Virus record (IMG/VR): IMGVR_UViG_3300037461_000748
Location: 32,001 to 96,000 of that record
Length of the DNA: 64,000 bases
Reading direction: 5' to 3' (one strand)
Origin: a virus
Below the pieces are notes generated by a model. The model was given only the letters and a program-made list of their open reading frames with translations. It was not told where the DNA came from and did no database searches. Below, one piece after another: positions 63,511-64,000 of this stretch (positions are counted from its first letter, which is position 1; the number at the start of each line of letters is the position of its first letter). A program made the position numbers and the translations under genes.

Positions 63511-63916
63511 CCCAAGGGCAAAGCTTCCTGAAAAAGCCTATGCGGGTGACGCCGGGTGGGATGTATACTCTGCGAAGAGAGTTAACATTCCTGGAAACGG
63601 AGCTACACGAACTATTCCGGTTGGATTTAAGATGGCTATTCCAGACGGATATTTTGCAAAAATCGAGGGAAGAGGTGGCTTCCACGCTAACTCAACATTA
63701 TTCCATAAAGGAACTCCCATCGATTCCGGATATCGTGGCGAAGTATTTGCCATCGTAAGTAATGCAGGACCTTATCCTGTCACTATCGAGGCCGGTCAAA
63801 AATTTGGGCAATTAGTGTATTACAAAGTATTACCGGTTGAAATAGAAGAGGTTGAAGAAATACCAGTCGATACTGAAAGGGGTACAAGTAAACTAGGTCA
63901 ATCAGACAATAAGTGA
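63437..63916 (+). CDS. dut: Trimeric dUTPase (divergent motifs)
   Basis: AGWDV, GRGG, IDSGYRGE, GQL and RG..KLGQS motifs. Confidence 0.8.
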   Translation: MMPNQAKTVQQILSETLKVKFQKTSPRAKLPEKAYAGDAGWDVYSAKRVNIPGNGATRTIPVGFKMAIPDGYFAKIEGRGGFHANSTLFHKGTPIDSGYRGEVFAIVSNAGPYPVTIEAGQKFGQLVYYKVLPVEIEEVEEIPVDTERGTSKLGQSDNK

Positions 63917-63927
63917 GGTAGAAATTA

Positions 63928-64000
63928 ATGAGCAACAGACCATTTAAATTATCAGACTCCTTTCTAGAAAAATACAAAAGAAAGTCTTCACCGTTTGGTT
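63928..64000 (+). CDS. N-terminus of probable class II (B12-dependent) ribonucleotide reductase, truncated by window edge
   Basis: MSNRPFKLSDSFLEKYKRKSSPFG resembles the F.LS..F...Y....PFG start of monomeric NrdJ/RTPR; follows the dUTPase. Confidence 0.5.
   Translation, partial: MSNRPFKLSDSFLEKYKRKSSPFG

Noticed and set aside
1-64000. Stop-codon reassignment as seen in some large phages
   Set aside because: Genes are long and densely packed under the standard code, and TAA, TAG and TGA all end plausible genes.

Overview
This window is part of a large, AT-rich, myovirus-like (contractile-tail) bacteriophage genome using the standard genetic code. All functional calls come from motif and fold recognition by eye, with no database searches. 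Layout: (i) 1-3100 holds a Gp88-like gene fragment, a GC-rich ~850-bp non-coding island and a glycosyltransferase. The island contains long hairpins, six CCCGGG sites at an exact 11-bp period and a polylinker-like pile-up of restriction-type palindromes. (ii) 3158-41158 is a minus-strand morphogenesis/lysis block. It has tail chaperones with a -1 frameshift, tape measure, baseplate hub/gp25/J-like/wedge genes, a phage sigma factor, Calx-beta/propeller adhesin-like proteins, two tail fibres, a spanin-like gene, an amidase endolysin, an actin-like ATPase, small proteins sharing a 12-aa leader, and the portal. (iii) 41289-64000 is a plus-strand replication/recombination/nucleotide block: helicase, UDG, degenerate CCA-enzyme/HD, MBL hydrolase, exonucleases, Sak4-like ATPase, DUF669 SSB, RecU, dUTPase and the start of a class II RNR. 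It also carries a large glycosyltransferase/methyltransferase/epimerase cluster. Best candidates for undescribed systems: the restriction-site array, a capsid-targeting leader (M-D/N-K-x4-F-E/K-K-L-A/S) on unrelated cargo proteins, possible Ser-Gly-directed virion glycosylation, and an apparently permuted adhesin/baseplate gene cassette. No tRNA, rRNA or CRISPR array was recognised.
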